Positions 35,917 through 46,441 are shown, counted from the first letter of the stretch. The stretch is 64,000 nt of DNA from an uncultured Desulfobacterales bacterium (GCA_964413125.1 CAYPSZ010000275.1:10397-74396), one strand, 5' to 3'. Translations and numbers: made by a program. The notes: generated from the letters alone by a model not told the origin.

Positions 35917-36810
35917 CTAAATTGATTTTTTGGTCTCCTTGATGAGCACACCGAAGAAACCGGCCGGGATAAACACAATCACCAGGATCATTACACCGTA
36001 TGAAATCCCGTCGCGGTAAAGGCTGCTGAGGTAGCCCGCGCCCATGGCTTCCGCCACGCCCAGAACTATACCTCCAAGCATGGCGCCGGGCACCGAACCG
36101 ATGCCGCCCAGCACCGCAGCGGCAAAGGCCTTGACACCCGCCAAATAACCCATGGTGGGATAGACGGAGTTGTAATAGGCACCGACCATCAGGCCCGCGG
36201 CCGCACCCATTGAACCTGCCAGGGCGAACGTCATGGTGATCACCCTGTTCACATTTATGCCCGCAAGCGAGGCCATGGTCTTATTCTGCGCCACAGCCCG
36301 CATGGATTTGCCGAAACGGGTCTTTTTGATCAGCAGATTAAGTCCCACCATCATGGCGATTGTGACTGTGAAAATGAACAGGTGAAACCCCGTAAGGGAG
36401 AAACTCTCGAAGTGCCAGGTTTTATCGAACCAGGCCGGTAAGCTCCTGACCGGAAAGGGCCGGGGTCGTGACCCCCAGATAAGCATAGCGAGATTCTGAA
36501 GAAAAATGGACATGCCGATGGCGGTGATGAGACATGCCAGCCTGGGAGACCTTCTGAGCGGCCGGTAAGCGATAACATCCAGGAGCATGCCGCATATTGC
36601 ACCGCAGGCCACGGCAAGTAGGAACGCCATATAAAAAGGCATGCCCATGACCAAAATGAATGTCGCAGCGAAAAAGGCGCCCAGCATGTATACCTCGCCG
36701 TGGGCGAAGTTGATGAGTTGGATGACGCCGTAGACCATGGTGTATCCCACGGCGATCAACGCGTAAATGCCACCGATAGTAAGGCCGTTTACAAGCTGCT
36801 GAGTGAACAA
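35917..36810 (-). CDS. livH: Branched-chain-amino-acid-type ABC transporter permease
   Basis: FTQQLVNGLTIGGIYALIAVGYTMVYG is the classic LivH N-terminus. TTG at 36810 with GAGGtatcca upstream; the listed ORF starts 4 codons earlier at another TTG. Confidence 0.88.
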   Translation of the reverse strand: MFTQQLVNGLTIGGIYALIAVGYTMVYGVIQLINFAHGEVYMLGAFFAATFILVMGMPFYMAFLLAVACGAICGMLLDVIAYRPLRRSPRLACLITAIGMSIFLQNLAMLIWGSRPRPFPVRSLPAWFDKTWHFESFSLTGFHLFIFTVTIAMMVGLNLLIKKTRFGKSMRAVAQNKTMASLAGINVNRVITMTFALAGSMGAAAGLMVGAYYNSVYPTMGYLAGVKAFAAAVLGGIGSVPGAMLGGIVLGVAEAMGAGYLSSLYRDGISYGVMILVIVFIPAGFFGVLIKETKKSI

Positions 36811-36899
36811 TGGATACCTCAAGTGCGATACAGAGAGGGCGCCGCTACTAAGGTTTCACGGCGCCCGATCTGCATACTTGTCTCACCATGTTGTAATCG

Positions 36900-38036
36900 C
36901 TATTGGGCAGGTACGAACTTGCCACCTTCAACCTTCTTGACAAAGGCGGGCTTGAAACAGTCACCCAGTTCATTGAAGTAAGTAAGGCCGGTCACTCCTT
37001 TGTAGCCCTTTTCCGGTGAGTTGATGGCGGCAAGACCTTCGCGGATCTTCTCACGATCGGCCCCAACCTTTTCGATCACATAAGCCAGGATGCCCAGACA
37101 GTCATAGGCATTTGCGCTCATCCAGTCCACCTCGCGCCCGGTCTCAGCCTTGAATTGTTCGGCGAAAGCTTGGGCTTCGGGACCGCCGGCGGTCGCCAGG
37201 AAGGGTACGGTCATATAAGTATTGTTTGCCGCCTCACCCGCTATGTTGATGTAGTCCGTATTGTCAAGCCCGTCCGCACCGAACAAGGGGCCGGCAAAGC
37301 CGAGCTTTCTGGCCTGGCCCGCAATGAGAGCGCCTTCCGGGTGATACCCGCACAGAAAAATGGTATCCGGTTTGTCCCTCAGCAGTTTGGTGAGCTGGGG
37401 GGTGAAGTCCGTGGTCTTGGCCACATAGGCCTCGACCCCTGTCACTTCGAGGCCGCTTTCCTTCGCTCCCTCGATGAAGCTGTCCTTGAGGCCGATGGCG
37501 TAGTCGTTGTTCTCATAAAATATGGCTACCTTCTTGAGGCCGAGAAGACCCTTAACCACATCGGAAGCAAGGTATTTACCCTGAAAATCATCCGTGTAGC
37601 AGTTACGGAAGAACCAACCCTTGCCCACCTCTCCGATGGTGGGGTTGGTGGAAGTGGGGCTGATCACAGGCATCTTGGCCCGCACGTAGATGGGCATACC
37701 GGCCAAAGTGGCTGAGGAGCAAAGGTGCCCGATGACCGCCACCATGTTCTTATCATTGGAAAACTTGGAGGCCACAATACCGCCTTCCTTGGGCGCGCAC
37801 AGGTCGTCTCCCCACACCACCTCGACCTTTTTTCCATTGATGCCGCCGGCTTCGTTAATCTCCTTCAGTTTAAGCGAGACACCGGCCTTGACATTGTCGC
37901 CGTAGGCGGCAAGATCACCAGTAAACGGGCTTGCCACACCGATTCGAATGGTGTCTGCTGCGGATGCGGCAGTCGTCATGCAGAAAACCAGAGATGCGGC
38001 CAGAATCATTCCCTTGAACAAAAGCGATCCTTTCAT
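36900..38036 (-). CDS. ABC transporter periplasmic substrate-binding protein (LivK/Peripla_BP_6 type)
   Basis: Signal peptide MKGSLLFKGMILAASLVFCMTTAASA, then IRIGVASPFTGDLAAYG...INEAGGINGKKVE. ATG at 38036 after GGGGAGGttttatc. Confidence 0.9.
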   Translation of the reverse strand: MKGSLLFKGMILAASLVFCMTTAASAADTIRIGVASPFTGDLAAYGDNVKAGVSLKLKEINEAGGINGKKVEVVWGDDLCAPKEGGIVASKFSNDKNMVAVIGHLCSSATLAGMPIYVRAKMPVISPTSTNPTIGEVGKGWFFRNCYTDDFQGKYLASDVVKGLLGLKKVAIFYENNDYAIGLKDSFIEGAKESGLEVTGVEAYVAKTTDFTPQLTKLLRDKPDTIFLCGYHPEGALIAGQARKLGFAGPLFGADGLDNTDYINIAGEAANNTYMTVPFLATAGGPEAQAFAEQFKAETGREVDWMSANAYDCLGILAYVIEKVGADREKIREGLAAINSPEKGYKGVTGLTYFNELGDCFKPAFVKKVEGGKFVPAQ

Positions 38037-38119
38037 GATAAAACCTCCCCTTCTTAGATGGTCCACTGAAAGAAAAACCTAGTTATTCCAAATAGAAATG
38101 CCTCCCCCTAAAAAGAAGC

Positions 38120-38148
38120 ATCTTAGGTGAAACACAAATGGGTGTCAA
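38120..38148 (-). promoter_or_regulatory. Sigma70-type promoter candidate for the liv-type operon
   Basis: On the minus strand: TTGACA (38148-38143), 17 nt, TAAGAT (38125-38120), about 85 nt upstream of the ATG at 38036. Confidence 0.45.
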
Positions 38149-38177
38149 GACCTATGTTTTAGCTTGTCTTCATCCGG

Positions 38178-38212
38178 AAACTACACAGTGCCCAAGAAGC
38201 CTTTCCGGATGG
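38178..38212 (-). repeat. 35-nt intergenic motif, copy Y
   Basis: The minus strand reads CCATCCGGAAAGGCTTCTTGGGCACTGTGTAGTTT, 34/35 identical to 63857-63891 (+). Here it is embedded in a 10-bp inverted repeat, CATCCGGAAA...TTTCCGGATG. Confidence 0.85.
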
Positions 38213-38235
38213 ATACCGGCTTGATTAAGAGGCTT

Positions 38236-39882
38236 TCAGGCCCTCTCTGACTTCCGCCGGCGGACTCGATCCTTGATACGGTTTATATGGCCCCTGCCCA
38301 GCCCCTTGACCTCACAGTCAAGTTCAAAATATCGCTCGATTCGGGCGTCATCCAGTATGCCGAAACAGTCGATAATAGCCACCGGTCCTCCTGTCATGGC
38401 TACGACATCCTCCGGCTCGAGATCGAGGTATTCCTTGTGACGCACTGCAATCACCACGGCCTCGGCATCCTTCAAGGCCTCCTCCAGCGTAAGTGTCATG
38501 GCGAACTCATCCAGGTGCTCCTGGTTTCGGAAGAACCTGGACCAGCTCGTGCCGGCCGCGGGATAGGAAGACTGTTTTTCCAGCTCCCACCAGTGCTGAA
38601 CATAAGGGTCATGTGCGCGAATTTCCGCCCCCATCTCAGTGAGCTTTCGAACCAGGATCTCGGAGCCGCTGTACCGTGTGTCACCGACGTCTTCCCTGTA
38701 GGAAACACCCAGCACCGCCACCTGCGAGGCGGCCACGATTCGCCCCATGTTCCTGAGGGCGTCTCGAACCAACTGGGCCGCATGGAGAGCACGCGTATCA
38801 TTAATGTTTATGGCCTCAGGCGTTATGCGGAAGATGTCGTTCTCGAATCCCAGCAGGTGCTTGTAGGCCCAAAGACCCAGCCCCCCGTCCTTTGGAAGAC
38901 AATAGCCCCCGATGCCCGGCCCCGGAAAGATGATATTATCATGGGTGGGACGCATTTTGATGGCCTTGATGACCTTTATAAGATCCACCCCGTTGGTCTC
39001 GGCAAACAAGCTCCACTCGTGAAGAAAGGCCAGGATAGTGGCCCTGTAGCTGTTCTCCACAATCTTACAGGTCTCGCTCTCGATGGGCCGGTCCATGACC
39101 GTTAAGGGGTATTCCTCTACATTAAGAACTTCGGAGAGGAAACGCTCGACCCGTTCCCTGCTCTTCCGGTTGATGCCGCTGCATACCCTCCAGAAGTCCC
39201 GCACAGACCGGACATACTCACGTCCCGGCATGACACGCTCGAAGCTGTGCGCCAGCAGGGGCTCCTGCTCGATGCCACGCTTTCTGAAAGCCTTTTTTAT
39301 TATCGGATAAGCCACATATTCGGTGGTACCGGGCGGTACCGTCGTCTCGGTAAGAACCAGGCAGTCAGGATCGATCTTTTTCCCGATGATCTTGTAGCTC
39401 TCCTCCAGAGCGCTGATGTCCGCATATCCGCTGCGAAGATTGCCCAGGTCCTCTTTGAGAAAGTCGCACTGAACGTCCACAACCAGTACATCGGCGAGCT
39501 TGAGTGCATCGTGAGTATAGGTGGCCACCATGGTCCCTTTTTCATTCACGCAACGCGCGATCAAAGGTTCCACTTCCGGATCCTCCGCCTTCACCGGTGA
39601 TATGCCGCGGTTGAACAGAGGGATCTTCCAGAAGCTTCGCGGGCTGGGCCGCTGCATACCGATAACGAACTTATTGGGCTCTCCTGTGATCGAATCCACG
39701 GAGTCGGCGACCACCCCTGCCATGACCGCCCCTACGAATCCGAGCCCCATCACCACCACTATCTCCCGCCCCATGTCCTTTTGTTCCCGAGCAAGGGCCT
39801 CCAGCCGTTCATATTCTTTAAGGTAGTCTTCTTCCTCCGGCAGGCGGAACTCCTCACCGTCCGGGCTGATGGAATAGGCCAT
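38236..39882 (-). CDS. Nucleotide-sugar dehydrogenase (UDP-glucose/GDP-mannose dehydrogenase family), long form
   Basis: Rossmann motif VVVMGLGFVGAVMAG, catalytic-Cys context GIGGYCLPKDG, and a C-terminal UDPG_MGDP_dh_C-like region (VAVLGVSYREDVGDTRYS). ATG at 39882. Confidence 0.85.
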   Translation of the reverse strand: MAYSISPDGEEFRLPEEEDYLKEYERLEALAREQKDMGREIVVVMGLGFVGAVMAGVVADSVDSITGEPNKFVIGMQRPSPRSFWKIPLFNRGISPVKAEDPEVEPLIARCVNEKGTMVATYTHDALKLADVLVVDVQCDFLKEDLGNLRSGYADISALEESYKIIGKKIDPDCLVLTETTVPPGTTEYVAYPIIKKAFRKRGIEQEPLLAHSFERVMPGREYVRSVRDFWRVCSGINRKSRERVERFLSEVLNVEEYPLTVMDRPIESETCKIVENSYRATILAFLHEWSLFAETNGVDLIKVIKAIKMRPTHDNIIFPGPGIGGYCLPKDGGLGLWAYKHLLGFENDIFRITPEAININDTRALHAAQLVRDALRNMGRIVAASQVAVLGVSYREDVGDTRYSGSEILVRKLTEMGAEIRAHDPYVQHWWELEKQSSYPAAGTSWSRFFRNQEHLDEFAMTLTLEEALKDAEAVVIAVRHKEYLDLEPEDVVAMTGGPVAIIDCFGILDDARIERYFELDCEVKGLGRGHINRIKDRVRRRKSERA

Positions 39883-40054
39883 TTTGTGTCCTTTCTTGTT
39901 TAATGGTCCATGATACAAAAACCGCGGCCCATTTGAGGGCTTGGTCTTTTCCGTTTACCAAGTAATTCCTTGATGACGCTTTCAACCAACAGAGAGCCGA
40001 ACGCGGTTTAGCCACGAACGTTTAGTGAAAACCCCGTTGAAAGTCAAGCACGAC

Positions 40055-40801
40055 CTAAGGAATCGTGTCCATTGATGCAAAGCCGGGTTCGTGAAGGGGA
40101 ATCAATATGTCGGCCGCATCCCGGACCTGAAGCATGATATCGTAAGCAGTGCATGGATTTACGGGAGTGCCTGGAGGTATTACCTCCATCTCCATGGCCC
40201 GCACCTGGGGCGGCGGTTCAAAATTCTCCATTATCACGCAGAACCCGGTGATGGCCGCCACGCCCTTATCTGTATCCACGAACACCGTCAGGCCTCCCTC
40301 GGTATGCGCCGGGGTGTTCATTACGCGGACGCCCGGCAGGACCTCACCGTCCCGGTAAACAGTGCGAACCTGGCCGTTTTCCTCCACGTCCTCGATATAA
40401 TCCTCGAGGTATCGGAAATCCAGGGGATGGGGATCATGAATCCGCACAAGTTCCTTCTCGTGTACGTAGATCTCGGCATTTGTACACTTGAAATCGTTTT
40501 CACAGTGGTCGTTGTGGAGGTGCGTGTGAATGACCACATCCACGTCCTCGGGCCTGAGACCCCAGCGGGCCAGGCCCTCTTCGAAAGTGTAGATAGGGCC
40601 GCCTATAAGTTTTTCCCGGTCCTTGGAACGTACAGGGGACATCTCACCTGTATCCACCAGCACCTTTTTGTCCCCTCCCTCCAGGTACCAGCCATATATG
40701 GGAATGGCATAAGATTCCCCGAACCCGTGCTGGTAGGTCATCATGCACTTGTCAAAGATCTTGGTCCCCAAAACCATGGGATGGATACGGTAGCGGGTCA
40801 T
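40055..40801 (-). CDS. MBL-fold hydrolase, N-acyl-homoserine-lactonase-like
   Basis: HTHLHNDHCEN (HxHxDH) and TPAHTEGG, about 250 aa, as in the AiiA-like lactonase family. Confidence 0.8.
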   Translation of the reverse strand: MTRYRIHPMVLGTKIFDKCMMTYQHGFGESYAIPIYGWYLEGGDKKVLVDTGEMSPVRSKDREKLIGGPIYTFEEGLARWGLRPEDVDVVIHTHLHNDHCENDFKCTNAEIYVHEKELVRIHDPHPLDFRYLEDYIEDVEENGQVRTVYRDGEVLPGVRVMNTPAHTEGGLTVFVDTDKGVAAITGFCVIMENFEPPPQVRAMEMEVIPPGTPVNPCTAYDIMLQVRDAADILIPLHEPGFASMDTIP

Positions 40802-41242
40802 GTCATACTCCTCTTATTGGAAGATAGGGTCTTCAGGATAAAGGTTCAGTCTATCCGGTACGACGCAGCATAGGAAAGTGCTCAAGAGAAGTCAAACTCT
40901 CACCGGCCGGCGGTGGAATCTCAGCCCGCAACACCCATGGATGGAAGGGCTGCGTTACAATTTGAACTCAAGGCTCAGGAGTTGCTCAGGGTCCGAATAT
41001 TTGGAGCAGATTAACCTGAAGACTTGATCAGCAGCCCGCAAGATGTTAATTCCTTACACTCAGCCATACCTGCAGGTCCGGACCAAACCGGAGTTCCGGT
41101 GTTGGATGCGGCTGCAAGAAGAAACACCTACTGGGTTTTACTTTTGAAGCCTGCTTAGCGAGCTTTCAAAGGGCTTATGTTCCAACCGGGCGGCGGTCAA
41201 GTATTCTGCCGGCAGCACTGAATTCTTGATGGGAGGGAAATA

Positions 41243-43090
41243 ATGGGCGATGTAATGATCAGCGGTGCGAACACACAACACAAGATGCTCTTGAACTGGA
41301 TCCAGGAAACTGCTGCGCTTTGCAAACCGGAGCGGATCCATATCTGTGACGGTTCCCAGGAAGAGTATGACCGCCTCTGTGAAGAGATGGTTAAAATGGG
41401 CACCTTCATCCGTCTGAACGAAAAAAAGAGACCCAACAGTTATCTCTGCCGCTCTGATCCACGGGATGTGGCAAGGGTGGAACACCGAACGTTTATCTGC
41501 TGTCTCAACAAATCCGATTCAGGGCCCACCAACAACTGGGTACACCCGAGAGAGATGAAGGAGACTCTCAACAGGTTGTACGACGGGTGCATGAGAGGAC
41601 GAACCATGTATGTGATACCTTTCAGCATGGGTCCTCTCGGATCACATATATCCCACCTGGGCGTAGAGATTACTGACTCGCCCTATGTGGTCGTCAACAT
41701 GCGGATCATGACGAGAATGGGGCAGGCGGCCCTGGATGTACTTGGAGAAAACGGTTTTTTTGTGCGATGCCTTCATTCCGTGGGCGCACCTCTTGAGCCC
41801 GGGCAAAAAGACGTGCCCTGGCCATGCGACCCGGACAATATTTATATCTCCCATTTTAGGGAGGATCGGGCGATTTGCTCCTATGGGAGTGGCTACGGCG
41901 GGAATGCACTACTGGGGAAAAAGTGCTTCGCCCTTAGGATTGCTTCCATTCTGGCCAAGGACGAAGGCTGGCTGGCCGAACACATGCTGATCATGGGCGT
42001 TGAAAATCCTCAGGGCGAAAAGACTTATGTGGCCGCTGCCTTTCCCAGTGCCTGCGGCAAGACCAACTTTGCCATGTTGGTGCCGCCCAAGGGTTTTGAA
42101 GGCTGGAAAATCCATACGATCGGAGACGACATCGCCTGGCTGAAACCCGCAGCGGACGGAACCCTTCGAGCCATCAATCCGGAGGCCGGCTTCTTTGGTG
42201 TAGCCCCGGGAACTTCAATGCAATCCAACCCCAACGCCATGATGAGTTTGAACAAGAACGCCATTTTTACCAACGTCGCCCTCACGGATGACGGTGATGT
42301 ATGGTGGGAAGGAATGACGGATGAATTGCCGGCCCACCTGATAGACTGGAAGGGGCAGGACTGGACCCCGGACTGCGGCCGAATCGCCGCCCACCCCAAC
42401 GCCCGTTTCACGGCCCCCATTACCCAGTGCCCCTCTTTTGACCCGGAATGGGATAATCCTGAAGGAGTCCCTCTCAGGGTCTTGATCTTCGGGGGCCGCA
42501 TGAGCCGGAATGTACCCCTTGTCTTCCAGTCCTTCCACTGGTCCCACGGTGTTTACCTGGCCGCCACCATGGGGTCGGAAGCCACAGCAGCAGCCGAAGG
42601 ACAACCTGACGTGAGAAGAGACCCCATGGCCATGCTGCCGTTTTGCGGGTACAACATGGCGGACTACTGGAACCACTGGCTCAACGTAGGCCGGCTTCTG
42701 GCCAACCCTCCCCGTATTTTCAGAGTAAACTGGTTCCGCCGTGACGGTGCGGGAAACTACTTGTGGCCCGGGTTCGGTGAAAACATGCGGGTCCTCAAGT
42801 GGATAATCGACCGGGTCCACGGCCGACGCTACGGTGTGGAAAGCCCCATTGGAATTATGCCCCGGCACGAGGACATCCACTGGGAAGGACTGGAATTCGA
42901 TCCGGATACCTTTTATGGTCTCATGTCCGTAGAAAGAGAAGAAGGCACCAAGGAAGTGAGGGATCAAGAAGACTTGTTTGACCTGTTCTTCGACCGGTTG
43001 CCCAAGGAATTCACCCACCACAGGGAGCTCTTCAAGTCCCGAATCTGGCGCTCACCCAAGGTTTGGGCCATGGCAAAGGAAAGGGTTTGA
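41243..43090 (+). CDS. pckG: Phosphoenolpyruvate carboxykinase (GTP)
   Basis: 615 aa. [40 protein letters not shown] (kinase-1a P-loop), IGDDIAW, NARFT, FGGR. Confidence 0.96.
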   Translation: MGDVMISGANTQHKMLLNWIQETAALCKPERIHICDGSQEEYDRLCEEMVKMGTFIRLNEKKRPNSYLCRSDPRDVARVEHRTFICCLNKSDSGPTNNWVHPREMKETLNRLYDGCMRGRTMYVIPFSMGPLGSHISHLGVEITDSPYVVVNMRIMTRMGQAALDVLGENGFFVRCLHSVGAPLEPGQKDVPWPCDPDNIYISHFREDRAICSYGSGYGGNALLGKKCFALRIASILAKDEGWLAEHMLIMGVENPQGEKTYVAAAFPSACGKTNFAMLVPPKGFEGWKIHTIGDDIAWLKPAADGTLRAINPEAGFFGVAPGTSMQSNPNAMMSLNKNAIFTNVALTDDGDVWWEGMTDELPAHLIDWKGQDWTPDCGRIAAHPNARFTAPITQCPSFDPEWDNPEGVPLRVLIFGGRMSRNVPLVFQSFHWSHGVYLAATMGSEATAAAEGQPDVRRDPMAMLPFCGYNMADYWNHWLNVGRLLANPPRIFRVNWFRRDGAGNYLWPGFGENMRVLKWIIDRVHGRRYGVESPIGIMPRHEDIHWEGLEFDPDTFYGLMSVEREEGTKEVRDQEDLFDLFFDRLPKEFTHHRELFKSRIWRSPKVWAMAKERV

Positions 43091-43131
43091 ACCGGAAGGG
43101 CTTTTCCGGCCGGACCTCACATGCCGGCGCG

Positions 43132-44115
43132 ATGGAAAACTTCGACTTTCGTAAGCTTCATCCGCTTGTGTCCATGGGTACCGCAAGCGACCGATACGCA
43201 GGATGGATCGGACAGGTTTACAGCGCCCGGCGCTACGCCGGCCGCATCACATCCCGGACCCATAAGGTGGGCGGAAAATCCTTCACTGAAAAGGTGTTGC
43301 CGGTGGAAAGCGTATCTGAGTACTTCCATCATTTCAGCGTGCTGGAGTTGGATTTCACCTTTTACGATACGCTCCTGGACGCCAATGGAATGCCGACCCG
43401 CACCCACCGTACGTTGAGCGCCTACGCCCGGCATCTCCCCCATGGGAGCCGGTTGATTCTGAAAGCGCCCCGGATGGTCTTCGCCCGCAAGGTAAAGCTC
43501 AAAGGGGCATATACGGAGAATGCGGGGTATCTGGACCCCGCGCTCTTCAAGGAACGCTTCTACGAACCGGCCCTGGAGCTCTTGTCGCCGTGGCTTTTCG
43601 GTATGGTTTTCGAGCAGGAATACCAGCGCGCGGCCGAGCGGGCTTCGCCCCATGACTTCGCCCGGGAGCTTGATTCCTTTTTTTCTTCCATTCCCCGGGA
43701 CCACAGGTATCATGTGGAAATCCGGACATGGCCATTGGCCACAGGCCCGGTGCTCGACGTCATGAAAGCCCACGGCATAGGACAGGTCTTAAGCCACTGG
43801 ACCTGGATGCCTCCGCTGTCCACACAGTTTGAAAACGTAGGTGGAAGATTCCTGAACAAGAGAAATGACTGCGTCATTCGTCTCATGACTCCCAGAGGGA
43901 TGCGCTACGAGCAGGCCTATGAAAAGGCCCATCCATTCGATTCATTGGTACCCGGCATGCTGGACCCCCGCATGGTTGCCGATACCGCCCGCATCATGAA
44001 AGAGGGACTGCAAAGAAAAGCCCACACATATGTTATTGTAAACAACCGCTCCGGCGGAAACGCCCCGATGACGGCCCGGGAGATCGCCCGCTGCTTCATG
44101 GATGGTCCATGCTAA
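43132..44115 (+). CDS. DUF72 family protein
   Basis: MGTASDRYAGWIGQVY... and HFSVLELDFTFY resemble the DUF72 pattern (G.sgW.y..W.g.fY...; f..vEiN.TFY). ATG at 43132. Confidence 0.7.
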   Translation: MENFDFRKLHPLVSMGTASDRYAGWIGQVYSARRYAGRITSRTHKVGGKSFTEKVLPVESVSEYFHHFSVLELDFTFYDTLLDANGMPTRTHRTLSAYARHLPHGSRLILKAPRMVFARKVKLKGAYTENAGYLDPALFKERFYEPALELLSPWLFGMVFEQEYQRAAERASPHDFARELDSFFSSIPRDHRYHVEIRTWPLATGPVLDVMKAHGIGQVLSHWTWMPPLSTQFENVGGRFLNKRNDCVIRLMTPRGMRYEQAYEKAHPFDSLVPGMLDPRMVADTARIMKEGLQRKAHTYVIVNNRSGGNAPMTAREIARCFMDGPC

Positions 44116-44214
44116 TTCCGGGTTTTCCGGAGGGTAAAGACGGTATCCATGCCTGGTGGGGTTGAAATCAAGGACTGAGACAGGCCGGGATCAAGTTTTT
44201 CACAGGAGAACCCC

Positions 44215-46170
44215 ATGCGCAGAATAATTCCGGTACTGATTCTTGTACTGCTCTTCCCGGCTGCCATACTCGCCGCTCCCAAGACCATCACCCTTCTTCA
44301 CACCAACGACCTCCACTCCCATCTCATGCCCTTTGCGCCTGAGCTGGACTTCGTCCCCGGGAGGACCGGCGTAGATGACACGGTGGGTGGCTGGGCCCGT
44401 ATAGCCACGGTCCTACAGAACGAGCGCGCCGCGCGGACCAACCCTGTTTTTACTGTGGACTCCGGCGACTTCACCATGGGTACGCTTTTCCACATGCTCG
44501 CTCGGGAACACTCTTTTGAACTTCGCCTTATGCACGACATGGGCTATGACTACATAACCCTCGGCAATCACGAATTCGATATGTTTCCTCACGGCCTCGC
44601 ACGGATCATCACCACCGCCCACGAAAACCACCGGCTTCCGGCTATTGTTTTCGCAAGCGCAGTGTTTTCCCACGACAGCGATCGGGACGACTCACTCAAA
44701 GAGGTATTCGACAAGGGGCTTGTTAGGCCTTACGCCGTTACTGAAACAGACGGGGTGCGCTTGGGCTTCTACGGGATCATGGGCAAGGTCGCCGCCGGAG
44801 ACGCACCCTTTGCGTCTCCGGTTACCTTCAGCGATCCGGTGGAGACCTCTCGCAGCATGGTCAAAGTCCTGCGAGAAAAGGAAAAAGTTGATATCGTGAT
44901 ATGCCTGTCCCACTCAGGGCTTTATGTAGGTTCGTCCTCGGAGGACGAAGAGCTTGCCCGGCAGGTGGACGGCATCGACGTGATCGTCTCAGGCCACTCC
45001 CACACCATTCTGGAAGAACCTCTAATGATCAACGACACCATAATCTTGCAGGCCGGCAATTACGGCAGGGCCGTGGGCGTGCTGGATTTCACGCTTGAAA
45101 AAGGCAAGGCCTTAATAAAGAACTATAAACTCGTCCGGGTGGACGACCAAATATCGGTGCACCCCGGAATACAATCACAAATAGACGACTATATCGCACT
45201 GATTGACGAAGAGGTCTTAAAGGATCACGGCCTTTCATATTGGGAAATTATCGGCAGCACCGACTTTGACATGCCTATCCGCGAAGAAGAGTCCACAGCA
45301 GGGAATCTTTTGGCCGACGCCATCCGATGGTATGTGGAAAAGCGCCATCACGGCCTTGAAAGCCCGGAAGAAACCCCCGTCAGAATGGCCATAAAGGCAA
45401 ACGGAGTCATCCGGGCCGGCATCCTCAAGGGCAAGACCGGCAAACTGGCCGTTTGCGACATCTTCCGGATGCTCCCCCTGGGAATAGGCATGGACCAGGA
45501 CAACACCCCCGGCTACCCCCTGGTCACCTGTTACATCCACGGCTACGAGATCAAGCGGGCACTTGAAGTGGTCACATCTGTTTATCCCCTCAAGGGCAGC
45601 GCATACTTCCTCCAGGTCTCAGGCGTCAAGTTCACCTATAACCCATACCGTATGCTTTTTGACCGGGTAACCGGGATCTGGATTCAGAACGAAAACCGCG
45701 AGTATGAGCCCCTTGATTATTCCCGCTCCAACAAGGAACTTTACCGTGTAGCCGCAAACATTTACGAGGCCACCTTTCTTCAGGTCATAGGCGACTTCAC
45801 TTACAACATCCTCAACATCGTGCCCAAGGACCGCCACGGCAACCCCATCGACTCCCTGGTGGACTTCCGGGTCGACGCCCGCCCCGACCGTGAAGGCATC
45901 CAGGAACTAAAGGAGTGGGTCGCGGTCATGGAATACATTTCCCATCTTGATGACGTGACCGGGGACGGCCTTGCCGACATCCCCGAAAAATACCGCCACC
46001 CGGAAGGCCGCATCGTCAAAAAACACAGCATTAATCCCCTAAACCTCCTTCACAGGGGAACAATGATCACCTGGGCTGCTTTTGCAGTGATAGTGCTTCT
46101 TGCGGCCGCTTTTATCTTCATACTTCGAGTTGTGGTAAGGCGGATTGGGTATTTACTCCTTAAAGGCTGA
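44215..46170 (+). CDS. Bifunctional metallophosphatase/5'-nucleotidase with C-terminal membrane anchor
   Basis: Signal peptide; LLHTNDLHSHL, DSGDF, GNHEFD and VSGHSH calcineurin-type motifs; a 5'-nucleotidase C-domain; and a terminal TM helix (MITWAAFAVIVLLAAAFIFIL) followed by a basic tail. Confidence 0.88.
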   Translation: MRRIIPVLILVLLFPAAILAAPKTITLLHTNDLHSHLMPFAPELDFVPGRTGVDDTVGGWARIATVLQNERAARTNPVFTVDSGDFTMGTLFHMLAREHSFELRLMHDMGYDYITLGNHEFDMFPHGLARIITTAHENHRLPAIVFASAVFSHDSDRDDSLKEVFDKGLVRPYAVTETDGVRLGFYGIMGKVAAGDAPFASPVTFSDPVETSRSMVKVLREKEKVDIVICLSHSGLYVGSSSEDEELARQVDGIDVIVSGHSHTILEEPLMINDTIILQAGNYGRAVGVLDFTLEKGKALIKNYKLVRVDDQISVHPGIQSQIDDYIALIDEEVLKDHGLSYWEIIGSTDFDMPIREEESTAGNLLADAIRWYVEKRHHGLESPEETPVRMAIKANGVIRAGILKGKTGKLAVCDIFRMLPLGIGMDQDNTPGYPLVTCYIHGYEIKRALEVVTSVYPLKGSAYFLQVSGVKFTYNPYRMLFDRVTGIWIQNENREYEPLDYSRSNKELYRVAANIYEATFLQVIGDFTYNILNIVPKDRHGNPIDSLVDFRVDARPDREGIQELKEWVAVMEYISHLDDVTGDGLADIPEKYRHPEGRIVKKHSINPLNLLHRGTMITWAAFAVIVLLAAAFIFILRVVVRRIGYLLLKG

Positions 46171-46317
46171 CACATTATCAAAAAGCCTTGATGGCCGCCT
46201 CTTTGATTTATTGCTCTTTGTGCAGGTCCCCGAGAAATCAGTACGCATTGCGGATCCTTCCCTTTTCTTCCCGGACTTTCTGAGCACCCGCCCTTTCAAG
46301 GGCGGCCCGCGGTGTTG

Positions 46318-46347
46318 TTGACAGCGGTTGCCCTTTCAGCCTAAATT
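46318..46347 (+). promoter_or_regulatory. Sigma70-type promoter candidate for larC
   Basis: TTGACA (46318-46323), 18 nt, TAAATT (46342-46347), about 95 nt upstream of the ATG at 46442. Confidence 0.3.
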
Positions 46348-46441
46348 GAGATGGTAGTGATTCGGTCGAACGCCCATGGGTTGCAGATTCGATCGCATCT
46401 TTTCACTCTTCACTCTCGACAGTACATGGTAAAGGGAAATC

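Noticed and set aside
40802-41242. An unusually long (440 nt) non-coding region upstream of pckG, with a listed 115-aa minus-strand ORF (41138-41485).
   Set aside because: The ORF overlaps the pckG start in antisense and has no SD or motif. I could not identify a promoter, repeat or RNA structure convincingly, so I report the region only as unexplained spacer.
46288-46441. A hairpin CCGCCCT-ttca-AGGGCGG after the 5'-nucleotidase gene, and a ~95-nt larC leader that I examined for a Ni/Co-type riboswitch.
   Set aside because: The hairpin lacks a T-tract. I could not recognise the conserved cores of any riboswitch class by eye. This needs a covariance-model scan (Rfam/Infernal) before any claim.
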